This document shows positions 27,520 to 40,912 of a stretch of 59,128 bases of DNA, piece after piece; the first letter of the stretch is position 1; each line of letters opens with the position of its first letter. The position numbers and the translations under genes are program-made. The stretch is taken from positions 1 through 59,128 of the forward strand of contig JYFJ02002323.1 of assembly GCA_000934665.2 (NCBI GenBank). The letters are read 5' to 3'. The notes beneath the pieces were generated by a model. The model made no database searches. It was not told where the DNA came from and worked only from the letters and a program-made list of their open reading frames with translations. The stretch is from Catajapyx aquilonaris (taxonomy: Eukaryota).

Positions 27520-28830
27520 TCACATCTTCGACATGGGTCGGGTTGTACATTCGGAGAAGTACGTGAGGGGGCCTTCTCTAAAAGCGTGTACGAACCTCGA
27601 AATGGTACGATAATGGAGGCAGAGTCACCACACGCCTGCACAAGACCTTGATGGTGCTGTCTGGCAGATTTTCCACGTGAAACAGGGATCTTGATGAAGC
27701 AGGGCTGTCTTATTAGGGCTCTCACATAAATGGGCACACTTTGAACAGGCACTGCTCCGCACACACTGCTGCGAATTCTTTGCAAATGGTATACTGCAGG
27801 GTTCTCCAGGGCAGAGTCTAAAAGCACCTATCCACATTCGGTCTTGGTAGCCTGGAGTGCCGAGCGGTAACAGTGTTACCAAATTATCGGACAACCCTGT
27901 TAGCCCTTCAATGCGCTCATACTCACTCCCTCGGTGCCGACATCTTGTGGTCCGGGGGTTGGCTCGAGACTTGCTGCCTTCGTTGGTTCGCTTCTGGCCT
28001 GGACCCACTTCTGGTTCAAGATCGAGTCTTTTGCCCTCACTGACTCTGGTTCCGCCTCCGGATCCAACTAGACTCCTCTCCAGACTCTCTTGATTGAATC
28101 CCAGATACTCCTTTAGACCTTTACGCAGTCTGGGGACCAAAACATGCCTTAATCTTCCTCTCTGTTTTCATTTTCTGCTATCTAGAGAGTTCAGCGGGGT
28201 CATAGGGACTTCCATTACCGTTACATTCGTCCCCGCTTTCATAAAGCGCGGATATTCCATATACGGAATATCGCGCACTTTTGCTCCTTGGAGACCATCT
28301 TCTGCAGCCTCCTGAGTTCCTAGGGCCAGCTTCTCGGGCAGTATCCTGTAGCTGTAAATTCCAAACATCTCGGGCAGTGTCCTGTAGCTGCCAATATATT
28401 GTCGTCTGCTAGCGGCAAACTAATTAAAGTTTAGGGCGTAAGGCCGCTGCATCGCTCAGGTAGGACCTATAGGCAGGTTCCTACCCGTACGTACCCCTAT
28501 CGATCTTACCACAATGGTGAGAGCTCAGTGGGGAAACAGAACCAAAACAGACACAGGGTCTCAGACTATCTCAGTTTATTGAACAGACAAGAATAACAGG
28601 TCAAGGTGTACACTTGCGTGGACATCTCACCCTCGATGTTCAGACGGTTGGCTTCTAGTGAAGCCAACGGCTTCGGTGTCGCCCCTCCTGTCTGGTCTGG
28701 TCCTGGCCTTCAGGACTGGTTGAGACCGGTTGGTCCGATCTTGGCTTCAGGCTTCAGGCTTCAATGTTGATGGCTTCTATTCCCTACCCATGTAACAATG
28801 CTAAGATCATGAGGCTCTTAGTACGAGACA
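27520..28830 (-). mobile_element. Probable truncated LTR retrotransposon relic: LTR-like 28400-28830, PBS-like 28383-28393, decayed internal region
   Basis: TGTC...GACA ends, AATAAA on the minus strand (28575-28580), GGCTTCA tandem motifs, TGGCAGCTACA just inside the LTR, then a GC-richer region with overlapping 66-171 aa minus-strand ORFs. No gag or pol motif recognised. Confidence 0.4.
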
Positions 28831-30444
28831 AGACTAGTTACCTCTCTGAGTGTTACGTTATCGCCGTTATCGCCATTATCGATATAATACCTTCTCATAC
28901 AAACACCAAATAAAGCAGCGTACTGTGCACATTGTGTGCAAGTGCTAAGGCACGGTACCAGCAAGTAACCAGTACCGGCAGATGTTGTTTTATAAAATTA
29001 GTTGTGCTATTGGCGGAAAATCATATTGACTCCTAGATGAGGAGGTGAGATGCAAAGTGATCTATCTCGAGATTGAATGATTTTTCAGGAGAGCTGATTT
29101 TCTGATGCGACCATTTCGCTGTACTTACTGCTTGTGGTGCCCACTGCTGAAGATGTTATCAATTTTCACTAGAGAACTACTGTATTATTAATATTGTCAG
29201 ACAACATCAATAATATATTACTATGTTATTACACGTTCTTTAGCTAATATAGGTCACTTTAGAAAATTTCGTAAAACAAAAACTTATTTTTTATTCTGCA
29301 CAAATTTTTTTCGGGTAACTTCAAATGGTTCAAAGAGACAGTATAACTTCGAAATTTCCTCGCGTGATGGCAGTCATATCTTTAAATTTTAATTCATAAA
29401 TGTAATAAATTTGTCTCACACATCCCTTCTTTCCTCTTAGGTTCTAATCCATATCCAGTATACGCTTAGGTCAAGAGTAGGCCTAAGCCAAGAGCCAATA
29501 GGGAAGAAGAAGGGCAGACCCAGCCCCAGGAGAAAGAGGGCAGATGCAAATGAGGAAGCTGCAATGGACGCCGTTGATATGGATCCAGAATCAGCCAAGA
29601 AGTATCAAGACATGTCCTGTCTCTCCGTACCCCCGTGAACCAACCGTTTGTACCAGACTTTAAAATTACAATATATAATTGATCATAAAATAACAAACTT
29701 TTTTTTACGTAACAATGGCTGACGACCATCTCATTACTCCTGTGTTGCCAAGTTGAATGTAAACTCGTAGCAACACAGCAGCCCCCAGGAAGAACAGGGG
29801 CAGAGTCCGACCCAAGCCAGGATGCCGTGGATACAAGAATGGGCGCAGACGCCGCGCCGCAGGGAAGCCTTCTCCTCAGCGGTTTCCGGGCCGGGAAAGA
29901 GGAAGGAACGCCAATGGGGAGCCTGTAGTCAAGTCAGAGCCAAGCCGGAAGTCATTAGAAACATCTGGATTGAAAATTTTGTTGTTACCAAATTTGAGGT
30001 AGTGAAATAAAATTTTTGCACAAAAAAACAAAATCTTGTTCTTTACATGAAAATTGATACCGGCCATCTTGTTTCCACCTTGTGGAACATGAAGTTGTGT
30101 TTTTCTGAACAATAAGGGTGCACCACATGGATTACATACAGTACGGCGTAGACAAATAATATACAATACAAGAAGACTACGTCACAGGCCAAAATGTGTC
30201 TTCGTCAGGACATCATTCTCCATGCCGCCATGCCTCCCATTGTGTCTGTCGTATGGAGAAATATCCCATATTGCAAAACTACGGCGTGGACGGCGCTTTC
30301 AGTGTGTTGCTACCCTTTTGATCACGTGATTCGACGCCTGCTCCCTCTAGAAGAACATGCACATGCGCATAATTTTTTTTAAAGTTTGAAGGTTACCCAT
30401 GGCAATCGGCGTTATTGCATGTCCCGTAGTTTCTCCACAATATA

Positions 30445-30868
30445 CAGGGTGTATCTGATCTCAGTGCCCCGACGTATATGACTGCCTTCCTAGCCACCAG
30501 AGGATCGATTTAAGTATAGGAGTCATTATGTTTGGCCGCCGCATTACGGAGATAATTGGCCACAAACATGTAGTACAAAATATCCTGTCGGTTAGGCCAC
30601 CCATCGAACCCTCCCCCAGTCAGAAGGCTCTGGAAGGTCTGGGGGCGGGACTTTGTTGGTTTGTTGCCCACAGGTGGTAAGGCCTCTTTGGCTAGTTACA
30701 CCAGAAAATTCTATTTAAAAGTCAGAAGGAGCGATTAGGCAAAAATCGCTAAAGAGTGTATCTCAGTAATGAGGCTGCCCAGACATATGACACCTATACT
30801 TAAATCAATCCTCTGGTGGCTAGGAAGGCAGTCATATACGTCGGGGCACTGAGTTCAGATACACCCTG
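30445..30868. mobile_element. Tc1/mariner-type MITE, ~110-bp TIRs, TA TSD
   Basis: TA|CAGGGTGTATCTGA[T/A]CTCAGTGCCCCGACGTATATGACTGCC... at both ends in inverted orientation; second copy at 1-89. Confidence 0.9.
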
Positions 30869-31759
30869 TATACGGCTCGTTATTTATTGACTGCTGCACC
30901 TAATATTTGTAGGCTACTAAAGCATAACTTCTATTATTAAGGTTGGTTCACGCATATTTTCAACGCAATTTTTATTCGTATCACACCATTAATTTGAAAA
31001 TGCCCACATACGCAATACAGTGCCGGTACTGAGAATTTTTCACATTCATAAATAATTTATTACATTGATATCAATGCAGTTTTTTAAAGCCTAATATGGA
31101 ACACCGTCTCAAACTTTTGGACAAATCCAGTAGGTTACCATATTGTATCTCAATACTATATGCAACACAATATTAATTTGTCCATGGAACTCGATCGCTA
31201 TTTCTATGTTCCTTGGGTCACTCGTAACTCATATAATGGCCATTCATTTTGTCTGAAATTTGATTTTGACCTCGGGGCAGTAAAAGAAATTACTAATATA
31301 GGGGTCATTTCGAATCAAGTGGGCTAAAATGTCGTTATCTCTGATTTTGGCGATAAAAAGTCACAGCCGGTCACAGCTGTACACACCTATGCCATAACAC
31401 TGCATATCAAGTTTCAGCCATATTGCTCAATACCATGGAGAGGGGAAAATCCGAGAAAATTTGAAAAGGTCCGAAAATGAACACATTTTGGAGAATTTTT
31501 TAGGTTAGTGTAAGTGGTCAATATGCAATGAACATATATAATATGAATATCAAACGAAAGAAAAACGCTATGAGAATGTTCCTATGGAGTTAGGTTTCCT
31601 CTAAAATGTAACAAGGAAAATATGCACATTCAATCTCTCACATGTCCAAGAATTTGGGTCCTCGTAAATTAATGGTAGGCCCCCTACCGGTATATTTGCA
31701 AAACATGTCTATTATTTTCTCGCGAGCCATGCATGACCCAGGTTTCAAACTGAACATAT

Positions 31760-32558
31760 CCTTCGGCCCCAGATCGGCCCGAACCACACAGTTTTTGGCT
31801 TACGTGTACTCCGAAGATACGGACAAGATATTTTGCAAATAATAACAGCTATACTTACGAGATCTTTGAAAACCCTATGAATGTGTCTGGAACCATTTTA
31901 CTCGTCTAGAAGTCCCTATAAATTAATTTCCAAAAAAGGGCTATAATAACTCGAAATTGGACTGCTTCCGCCCAACTTTTAGGCTGATGTAATTATGAAA
32001 TGCGTGAAAATATGCGGAATAACAACCTTGAGAACCACGCCAGAGGAATTTGCTGAAATCGTCGTGCTTTGCGAGAAATAAATTAATACTTATTTGCGAC
32101 TTTCTGGCACTTCGGAAAACTTCGGAAAACTCCCAAATTTATTTGTTTCTCATGAAGTACGACGATTTCAGAAAATTCATCTCATACTCATTTAGGAGTT
32201 TTCCTAAGTGATAGAAATCCGCAAATAAATATTAATTTATTTCTCGCAAAGCACGACGATTTCAGCAAATTCCTCTGGCATGGTTCTCAAGGTTGTTATT
32301 CCGCATATTTTCACGCATTTCATAATTACATCAGCCTAAAAGTTGGGCGGCAGTAGTCCAATTTCGAGTTATTATAGCCCTTGTTTGGAAATTAATTTAG
32401 GGACTTCTAGACGAGTAAAATGGTTCCAGACACATTCACAGGGTTTTACCAGATCTCGTAAGTATAGCTGTTATTATTTGCAAAATATCTTGTCCGTATC
32501 TTCGGAGTACGCGTAAGCCAAAAACTGTGTGGTTCGAGCCGATCTGGGGCCGAAGGGG
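31760..32558. mobile_element. piggyBac-like foldback MITE with ~380-bp highly similar arms
   Basis: Right end GGGGCCGAAGGGG|TTAA (TTAA-CCC terminus); arms 31760-32138 and 32190-32558; left TTAA is not preserved. Confidence 0.75.
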
Positions 32559-33300
32559 TTAAACCTTGTATGGGTCACAACTGTCATCAAATATGACTGA
32601 TGTTACGCAAATACATCACTAATTATTGTTGGGGTCCTAATTCTTGGACATGTGACTGAGGAGGGTGACCAATGGAACGCCATGCACATTATTCTGATTA
32701 CATTTTAGAGGAAAACTAACTCCATACGTGCATTCTCCTATCGTTTCTCCTTCATTTGACATATAAGGTAAACCTACCAATTTATATACCATCTTAAGGG
32801 GAAAAAATGCTGATTTTGGGTTCTGCACGTAACGCCCAAAAGAAGAAAAAAATGTTACAGATATGGCTGGATAGTCCGTTTCGTGCTCTACCTGAATCTG
32901 TGTTTACTTTCCTTAATGTATACTGATTACCGCACAAAGTGAATTTTGCTATCATGCTGCATCGCAACCCTTTTGTGACACCCTCGACCTTCAACCCAAT
33001 TTATGACACCTGTTTTTTTCCACTTTATGACACCCATTTTTCTTTCTGAATTTTTTAAATTTAAATTTTATTGTTAAAACCAGTTTTTCCGGTATGATGA
33101 AGGTTCTGGTCTGTCCTAGTCTGGCTCACTCTATCACTGATGATTTTATGCCTCTTTATGAAGAGTATGTATATTGTGCTCCCTATTATCCGTGTTGCGG
33201 ATTATCAGTGCATCGGCAAAAAGTTAACTTAGAAATAAATGTCTTTAAAAATGTCAATATGTCTCGAAAACGCATGAAATATCAAATACTGACAGCATAA

Positions 33301-33484
33301 GGGCCTGTTTCCACCGGCATACTTTTCGAGCATAAAAAGAGAAGCACAAAAACGGCGCACAAAATCAAACGAACTTTATTATTATTGCTTTGTTACTTTA
33401 TTATTTATCGTCTAGCAAAAAAAAAATTGTTCTGGCTTGCATTTTGTCCAGATGAACAAAAATTATGCCGGTGGAAACGGACCT
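33301..33484. mobile_element. PIF/Harbinger-type MITE
   Basis: TAA|GGGCCTGTTTCCACCGGCAT ... ATGCCGGTGGAAACGGACCT|TAA; 20-bp imperfect TIR and 3-bp TAA TSD. Confidence 0.8.
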
Positions 33485-34280
33485 TAACATCTTATTTATG
33501 ACAGAGGGTGTCATTAATATTATTGGATCCGATCATCGTAAACGACTGAAAAGGCTATTCATCGAATGTTCCTTTTAGATCATTTTCATAATCATAAAAC
33601 TATTATACAATACGATTGTAAATGTAACAATTCGAATGTAAATAAACACTATTTCTAAGGGTGTCATCAATTGGCAAATGACAGATTTCAGCCCCCAATT
33701 TCTGACACCCACACTAACTCTTTAAATGCATCGGTACGATTAGAACAAACATTCACAAGAGGAAAAGGACATCTTCAATTACTAATTGTAACCTTCAAAC
33801 AGTTTCCCCATTTTAAAATAAACGTGTAAAAAATTTCGAAACGAAACTCTGCTCTTAACGGAATTTGCACTTTTCACACCATATTACACTGTGGCTGCGC
33901 AGCACTTGACACTCCAATTTATTTCTTGAGAACCAACTCACCACTGACCTTCACCTTACTACAGGTTGTTAAATAAAGATAGGAAGACAGTGCTTCCAAA
34001 GTGTTTAATTACTATGCTACATGTTTTGAATTCTTGTTATTTAACTTCTTCCATAGGCGGTCATAAATTGGGAGAGAAGAACGGCGGGGGGGGGGGGGGG
34101 GGGGNGGGGCACAAATTGGCAGATTTACCTTATGTGTATTGGCTTTTGACCACCTGGAACCACGTAACAGAAAAAGATTCTCCAAATTCAGCCTTTTTCA
34201 AGATTCCGCGATTTTTCCCCTCTTCATGGTATCGCGAAATATAACTGAAACTTTATATCAACGTTATGAAATAAGTGTGT

Positions 34281-34645
34281 AGGGAAGGCGTGGTGGCCGA
34301 GCTGGTAACGAGCGGCTTGCTGATCGAAAGGTCCCGGGTTCGAGCTCCGCCCGGGATTTCCCTTTCGGCTGCGTCGGGAGGGTCTCTGACCCGCGCCTTG
34401 CAGTAGACTGGCAACCTAACTCCAGGGAGACTGCACATAACCCATCGTTGATACACTGCACATGCACCCTTGTCTCCCCCCCCCCCCCAAAAAAAAACAC
34501 ATATTCCTACACTATTTCCTTTCGTCCTTGCACGGAGCTGAAGAAAAGAAGAAACCTAGAAAAATGGAACCAGGTGGTGTCCCACACCCAAAAAGAGTTG
34601 AGTTCTCTCTAACGTGGTAAAATTAAATTAAATTAAATTAAAATA
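34281..34645 (+). mobile_element. tRNA-derived SINE family A
   Basis: TGGCCGAGCTGG and GGTTCGAGCTC boxes, shared body, (AAATT)n tail, TSD about AAATAAGTG; splits the right arm of the 31180-34855 element. Confidence 0.88.
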
Positions 34646-37600
34646 AAATAAGTGCACAGCTGTGATTTTTTCGCCATAATCCTAGATGGTCTAGAGACAT
34701 TTAGGACCACTTTATTCGGTAAGACCCCGATAATTTGAGTAATTTGGTTTTTTTTTACTGCCGCGAGGTCAAAAACAATATTTTCAGACAAAATGAATGG
34801 TCACTATGAGTTACGATTGACCTAAGGATCATGGAAATAGCGATGAATTACCATAAACAGAAAAAATTCATTTTTGTTACCAACTTTGCTTATCAGTATT
34901 TTGACATTGCTATGTGTATAATAATGTATATTTTGATTCACCAATATATTCCTCCTGAAAAAATATCTATAATTGGTTTATTATTTATAAACGCATTTAT
35001 ATATAATGAGATTAATGCACAAGGGGGAAGGGGTACAAAATTAATAACGAAGAAATTTTATTACAGGAGTAAACTATGCATGCTATGCGTACAAACGATT
35101 TTGATTGTTATTTTATATGATAATAACTAGAGAGAAGTCAGGTGGTGGTGAACCAACATGTCATTGGTCCAACAGTTAGTGCATGATTGATTTTCACAAT
35201 TATTTGTTCACGCATTTATTTATGTGGTTGTCTCTTGAGAACTGTCACTTTTCGGCAATTTGTCACTGTCGAAACAATAAATGTGTTAAATGTGGTGGGC
35301 ATTGCAACAATTACAGTCATAATAAACTACTTGAACTATTTGCATGGCAATGCTTTTCACCTAGAATGAACTTAATTACTGCAATAATTCAGGGTTCTAG
35401 TTAATATTAATGACGTCTCCCGTACATGAAGCAATATATGCAGACTTCAGTACACACCGTATAGTGTTTTCGCATCACGCTTATGATTACTAAACATGAT
35501 TATGCTAATTATTCACGGGCACAATTTTCAGGTAAAAAAGACAACAGCAAATTAGGAGTTCCTCTATAGGCCTATGCACAGAGCCCCATAATAATCATTG
35601 ATCGCGCAGAATAGAGTCGTGATTTTAATGACTGCTGGGTATCCCATTTCTCAAAGCGCTGCAAGGTAAGCTAATTTAGGAGTCTAATATTGCGAGGGGA
35701 TATCCGGTCAGGAGAAAGTGACAGAGGCAATTCCACATAGCCGGCATTAATGTTGATACGAATGCGCAGAATTCACAGTAGGAGAAATCTACTGCAATTT
35801 TGTGCGATACTATCAGTGAAAGCACCTGAACACCGCAAAAGTACCGTACACTTTCAGATGAATATTTCGTCCTTTCATTTCTCGCCTGTGGAAGTGGAGA
35901 ATTATTAATTTTTTATACGCGAAATGATAGAAAGTGAGCGCAAGTCTGTTTCCTTCTACTTGGTATACCTTGAGAATCTTCTACTAAAAGGACATCCATT
36001 TCAACTGGCCTAAAATAACTAGGCCGCCTACCACTAATTTCAAGGGGAGTTAGTTTCCTACCTAAGCCTAATGAGTCTAATGAAGAATACATTGTGTCTC
36101 CAGTGAGTCTGATAGAAAACCAACACCCCTCGGGCTTTTGAGTTTCTCCAGAGGGGGACGGTTCACCAAGCCACGGTACAATGAAGGCAGAAAAGGCATG
36201 ATTTTAATCAGAATAATACTCGCTCTTCGCATAATTAGGTAGATATTTTGTCCCAAGGGACTCCGTAACTACTAATAACGATAGCGCAATTATTACAAAA
36301 TATTCTAATACATGTATGTTGTTTACGTTGTGGAACGGCCCTAAGCCATGTGTTGAAAATCAAGTTAAGTTAAATTAAAACCGAAATTCACCTTTTTCAA
36401 TAATAAATTTCGTAATTACAATAATTTGTATGACTAGCCCAGCAATGCTCATGTGCGATATCCGACAACTTGACCCTTGCCAATCAATAAAAGTAAGGCG
36501 GACAACGCCGAAACAAGCGCAGGTCTCATGTGTCAGGCCTCTTTTCTCTGGCCGTTCCATGTACTCTGATAGTGTTTATCGCGCAGTATTTAACTCAAGG
36601 CTTTAGAGTAGTGCAGGTAAAAATGGTGCGTTAAAAGGCAATGTTTGTTGACTGAAGTAGGGAGCTGTTCGAGTCTATTTTTTCCTTGATTTACTCGGTG
36701 CTCTCACCAGCTGCATCCCCATGCGCGTGCTCGTGTGTGGGAGGGTATTAGGAAATAATCTTGGGGGCAGCTGGACCGAGGTGAGTCTCCGAGAGCCCAA
36801 GAGCCGGCTGGTGGTCATGGCCATCGTCAATCCTCCTGCGACGCCTCGGGCTCCAGACAAATTGGGTCTTGAAAGCCCCTAATCCGTGGAATGGGCTCCC
36901 CCCAACTCCATTACCGCGCTGGGCTTCATTGGAACAAGTAAACGTGCTCGATGAAGCAAATTCCACGCCTAGACTCGCTCTGCTCCAGCTGCTGGACCAA
37001 CTCAGTCTTCACCACTCAGAGAACCCAACCTTCTTCCCACTAGGCTCTATTTAGAATGCTTTTCATACACTCTTCCTGCTATATGCAGAGCCAATTATGG
37101 TGGGCATGTGACGGTGTTTTCTTTCGATTTTTATGGAATATTCGCTGCCGGTGTGTTCACGGCCAATGCGGTAGTACGACTAAATAACCTGACGTTTGTC
37201 GCATCGCTAAATAGTGGAATGATCCGAGTTGCTTGTGGCAATGTTCCTGTTCCCACTCGAAAGCTCAGTTGACTTGGTGAATACCCTGTTTTTCTGCATC
37301 AATAGCCCCCTGATGTAACTTTTCAATTATTTTACAATATTATTTAATAACCGCGACCACTATGTTTGGTTTTTACCAGTATTTAAAATTTACGGCAATA
37401 TGAGCTCATTATAAGCATAAACAGAAGTATGGGAGTCAAAATAACGCTCAACATGGTCGAACAATTCAAAATCGAGGCCCAACAGGGCTGCCGGCGACGA
37501 TGTAGTTCCCTAAGCCCCCAACCAAGGGCGTAGGCATACAGTGGTTCCACTTCGCTCGCGCGACATCTAGGGATCCACAACCTGCAAATGCTCCAGAATC

Positions 37601-38075
37601 CAACACCATGATGATTTCAATGGTTTCGAGGTACTTACGACTTAGGAGATTTATACACGCAAAACAATTAGCTAAGGTAACTGATAAGTTCGGTTGCACA
37701 AGATAGTGATGTGTGCTCTACTAGTAATATTATCACGGCCATAAAACTTTCCTTGCAACTTATACCGGCATGTTTTGCTTCTTTTAGGACAGGTTTTAAG
37801 ATCATTCGAAAGCTACATATTCCGAGGAATCTTACTTTCAGTTGGCTCTACTATAGTATAGGCCTACAGCACATGCATGCGCCGCGCCGCGCCGCGACGA
37901 GTGATTAAAATGTTATCCCCCATGACATCCTAAAACATATTCATTGCATTACACAACCATCGGATCATTGAAAGCAAGGTGTTTCGTGTATTTTAAGCGT
38001 GCTCTAGAACTGGAATACGTCTTTGCTAGTATAGTTAATACCATGGTCTTAGAATACTAAGGTCTGGACACTCCC

Positions 38076-38361
38076 TCTTATGGCCTGCGCATGAGGTGCT
38101 CACTTGAGAGCGCCATGAGACAGCTTTTCATTGCGTGGCGACCCTACCGGACTACGCTGAACTAAGGTAGAAGATAAGCCGCTACGTGCGGGCCCACCAT
38201 GGCCGCCGGCGACCATGTTGGGTCCCCCAATGTAGCGCTTCCATTTTGTACATATAAAGTTCAGCCTAGTCCGGTAGGGTCGCCACATACTAGCGCAGTG
38301 AAAGGTCTCATGGCGCTCTCAGGTGAGCACCTCATGCAAAACGCCCCAGCAGGCGATAAGA
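38076..38361. mobile_element. GC-rich palindromic MITE family (second copy at 58948-59128)
   Basis: Nested inverted pairs CTTATGGCCTGC/GCAGGCGATAAG, GCATGAGGTGCTCAC/GTGAGCACCTCATGC, GTGGCGACCCTACCGGACTA/TAGTCCGGTAGGGTCGCCAC; centre ATGGCCGCCGGCG[A/G]CCAT. Confidence 0.8.
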
Positions 38362-38444
38362 TAATATTTGTAGGCGAAGTGTCCGGGGGCTGGTTAATAC
38401 AATTACCAGTATGTTGGTGTCATTCTTTTATTAGTGGCTAATTA

Positions 38445-38740
38445 ACCGAAGCAGGTTGGCATAGTGGATAAGACGTCCGACTGCTAATCGGGAGGTCCTG
38501 GGTTCTAATCCCGGGGCCGGCAACTCTGACCGTGGTTTTCTGTGGTTTCCCACGGTCCTTCCCGGAAAATTCCGGAGTTGCTTCCGTAATTAATAGGCCA
38601 CAGCCGCTTCCTTCCGTCCCTATCCTATCCCAAAAAGCGCAGTAAAATGAAAGCAAAGAGTTCCAGGCAAAACAAAACTTCCCCCCTAAAGAGCCGATAG
38701 GCTGATAACGGGGTATGAATAATTATTAATTATTAAATTA
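38445..38740 (+). mobile_element. tRNA-derived SINE family B, full length
   Basis: Same sequence as 14717-15000 in the opposite orientation; ~19-bp TSD TTTATTAGTGGCTAATTAA. Confidence 0.92.
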
Positions 38741-39277
38741 TTTATTAGTGGCTAATTAATATTGGCGTTGTGATTTTATTACAGTAATAATTATAAATTG
38801 GAGCTACCTGCTCAGATATAGTAGCCTGCTATATCCAATCAGCTCACTTCAGTCACGCATACACTATCACTATACGCACATAGAAAAGCTCAGCAGAGGC
38901 ATGCCATCTCAGGATGCCTTGGCACTGGGAACTGGGGGAAATAGAAAACCACAGTTGGACCCGAATATTGTGAACAAAGACTGCCTGTATACAAGGTCTA
39001 GACCTTGGCCTGTATATGTGTGATCACATAACCAGAAATAAAATTTTGCGTAATATTTCACAGAAGGCTGGACCACGTAGTGTACGTGCTAATGTTGTAA
39101 ACATTAAATTTTCCTTGCTCATGGGGTTTCCTATATAGTCACTATAACCCGACTGACCCATTGCGTTGGCTAGATAAAAAATCACAGGGATCGCGTGGAG
39201 CCATAATATTTATTATATTTCGTGTTTATTTGCCTTTAAATATTGGTTTCTCCCCACGCCGTCATGTTCACAACCAA

Positions 39278-39317
39278 TTGTTGTTGTTGTTGTTGTTATT
39301 GATGTTGATGTTGATGT

Positions 39318-39356
<39 letters not shown>
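39278..39356. repeat. Compound microsatellite (TTG)n-(TTGATG)n-(ATG)n
   Basis: Direct tandem repeat with a graded motif switch. Confidence 0.95.
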
Positions 39357-39357
<1 letters not shown>

Positions 39358-40163
39358 ACCTAGAAAAGCAGCATACCGGTACCACAACACTGGCATAGGA
39401 TAAATTCTCTCTCAATGCTCTCAATGTTGACAAGGAACGTGCTAATGTTGTAAACACATGAGCCTGCCCAAGAGATTTCATATTACGCAACCCCACGGAC
39501 CAATTCGCTACAGAGAGCTATGGGGATGAGTCCTTGGGAAAGATGGTAATGGGGTAAGGCGTGAAGGATTATTTACTTGCCTGTAAAGAAAATCAGCTCC
39601 GACTCTAAATACACCCCTCCCCCCCCTCCCCCGGATGAGCGTGAGGTGGTTAAATTGTCAGAAATAATCAACTTCATAATAATATCAAAAAATTGACATA
39701 TGTGACGGATGACTTCATATTCCCTTTCCTGATAAGTCTGACCTGTATAGGACATTTTTGCTACCTTATAATTAAAAAGCTTAATGTGAAAAATGCAGCT
39801 CATGAAGCCGTAATATTTTGAGTACCCCCTAGTTTGATAATTAGTTACTGAAAAACAAAACATGTCACCCAGTTCAAAAATTCAGGAATGGTATTTCGTC
39901 ACCTTCGCTTTTTGTACTCTATAAGGGCAGTTGTATGAATATAATATTGAAAGTATCTCTGATTATGTACCAAGTAAGCTTATATGAATTCGCAATAAGC
40001 CTACATAATAAGATATTAATTTTTCTTCTTTATTTTCGTTAATAAATCCTGCGTTATAAGATGAACAAAAATTCCAAGAATTTTAATATTGAAAAATGTG
40101 ACTGTCCATTCTTTTAGATTGAGATGGACACTCGTATGCTGACTATGCTCCAACTCCAATATC

Positions 40164-40834
<671 letters not shown>

Positions 40835-40912
40835 CCAATATCAAAACTTACAGAACAGTCCTATAAGAATTGGGGTAGTGATTAAACCAAGTATTCCACT
40901 CCCACCAGATGT

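Larger units (their letters stand above)
31180..34855. mobile_element. Old palindromic DNA element expanded by nested insertions
   Basis: Diverged inverted arms: 31180-31390 vs 34650-34855, 31390-31500 vs 34170-34265, 31500-31745 vs 32560-32790. Confidence 0.7.

Noticed and set aside
38445..38520. Functional tRNA-Ser(GCT) gene (and other SINE heads as tRNAs)
   Set aside because: There is no proper acceptor stem or long variable arm, and the head runs into a SINE body with tail and TSD.
39084..39456. 20-bp direct repeat ACGTGCTAATGTTGTAAACA as the TSD of an insertion
   Set aside because: The enclosed sequence shows no element hallmarks; it may be a local duplication.
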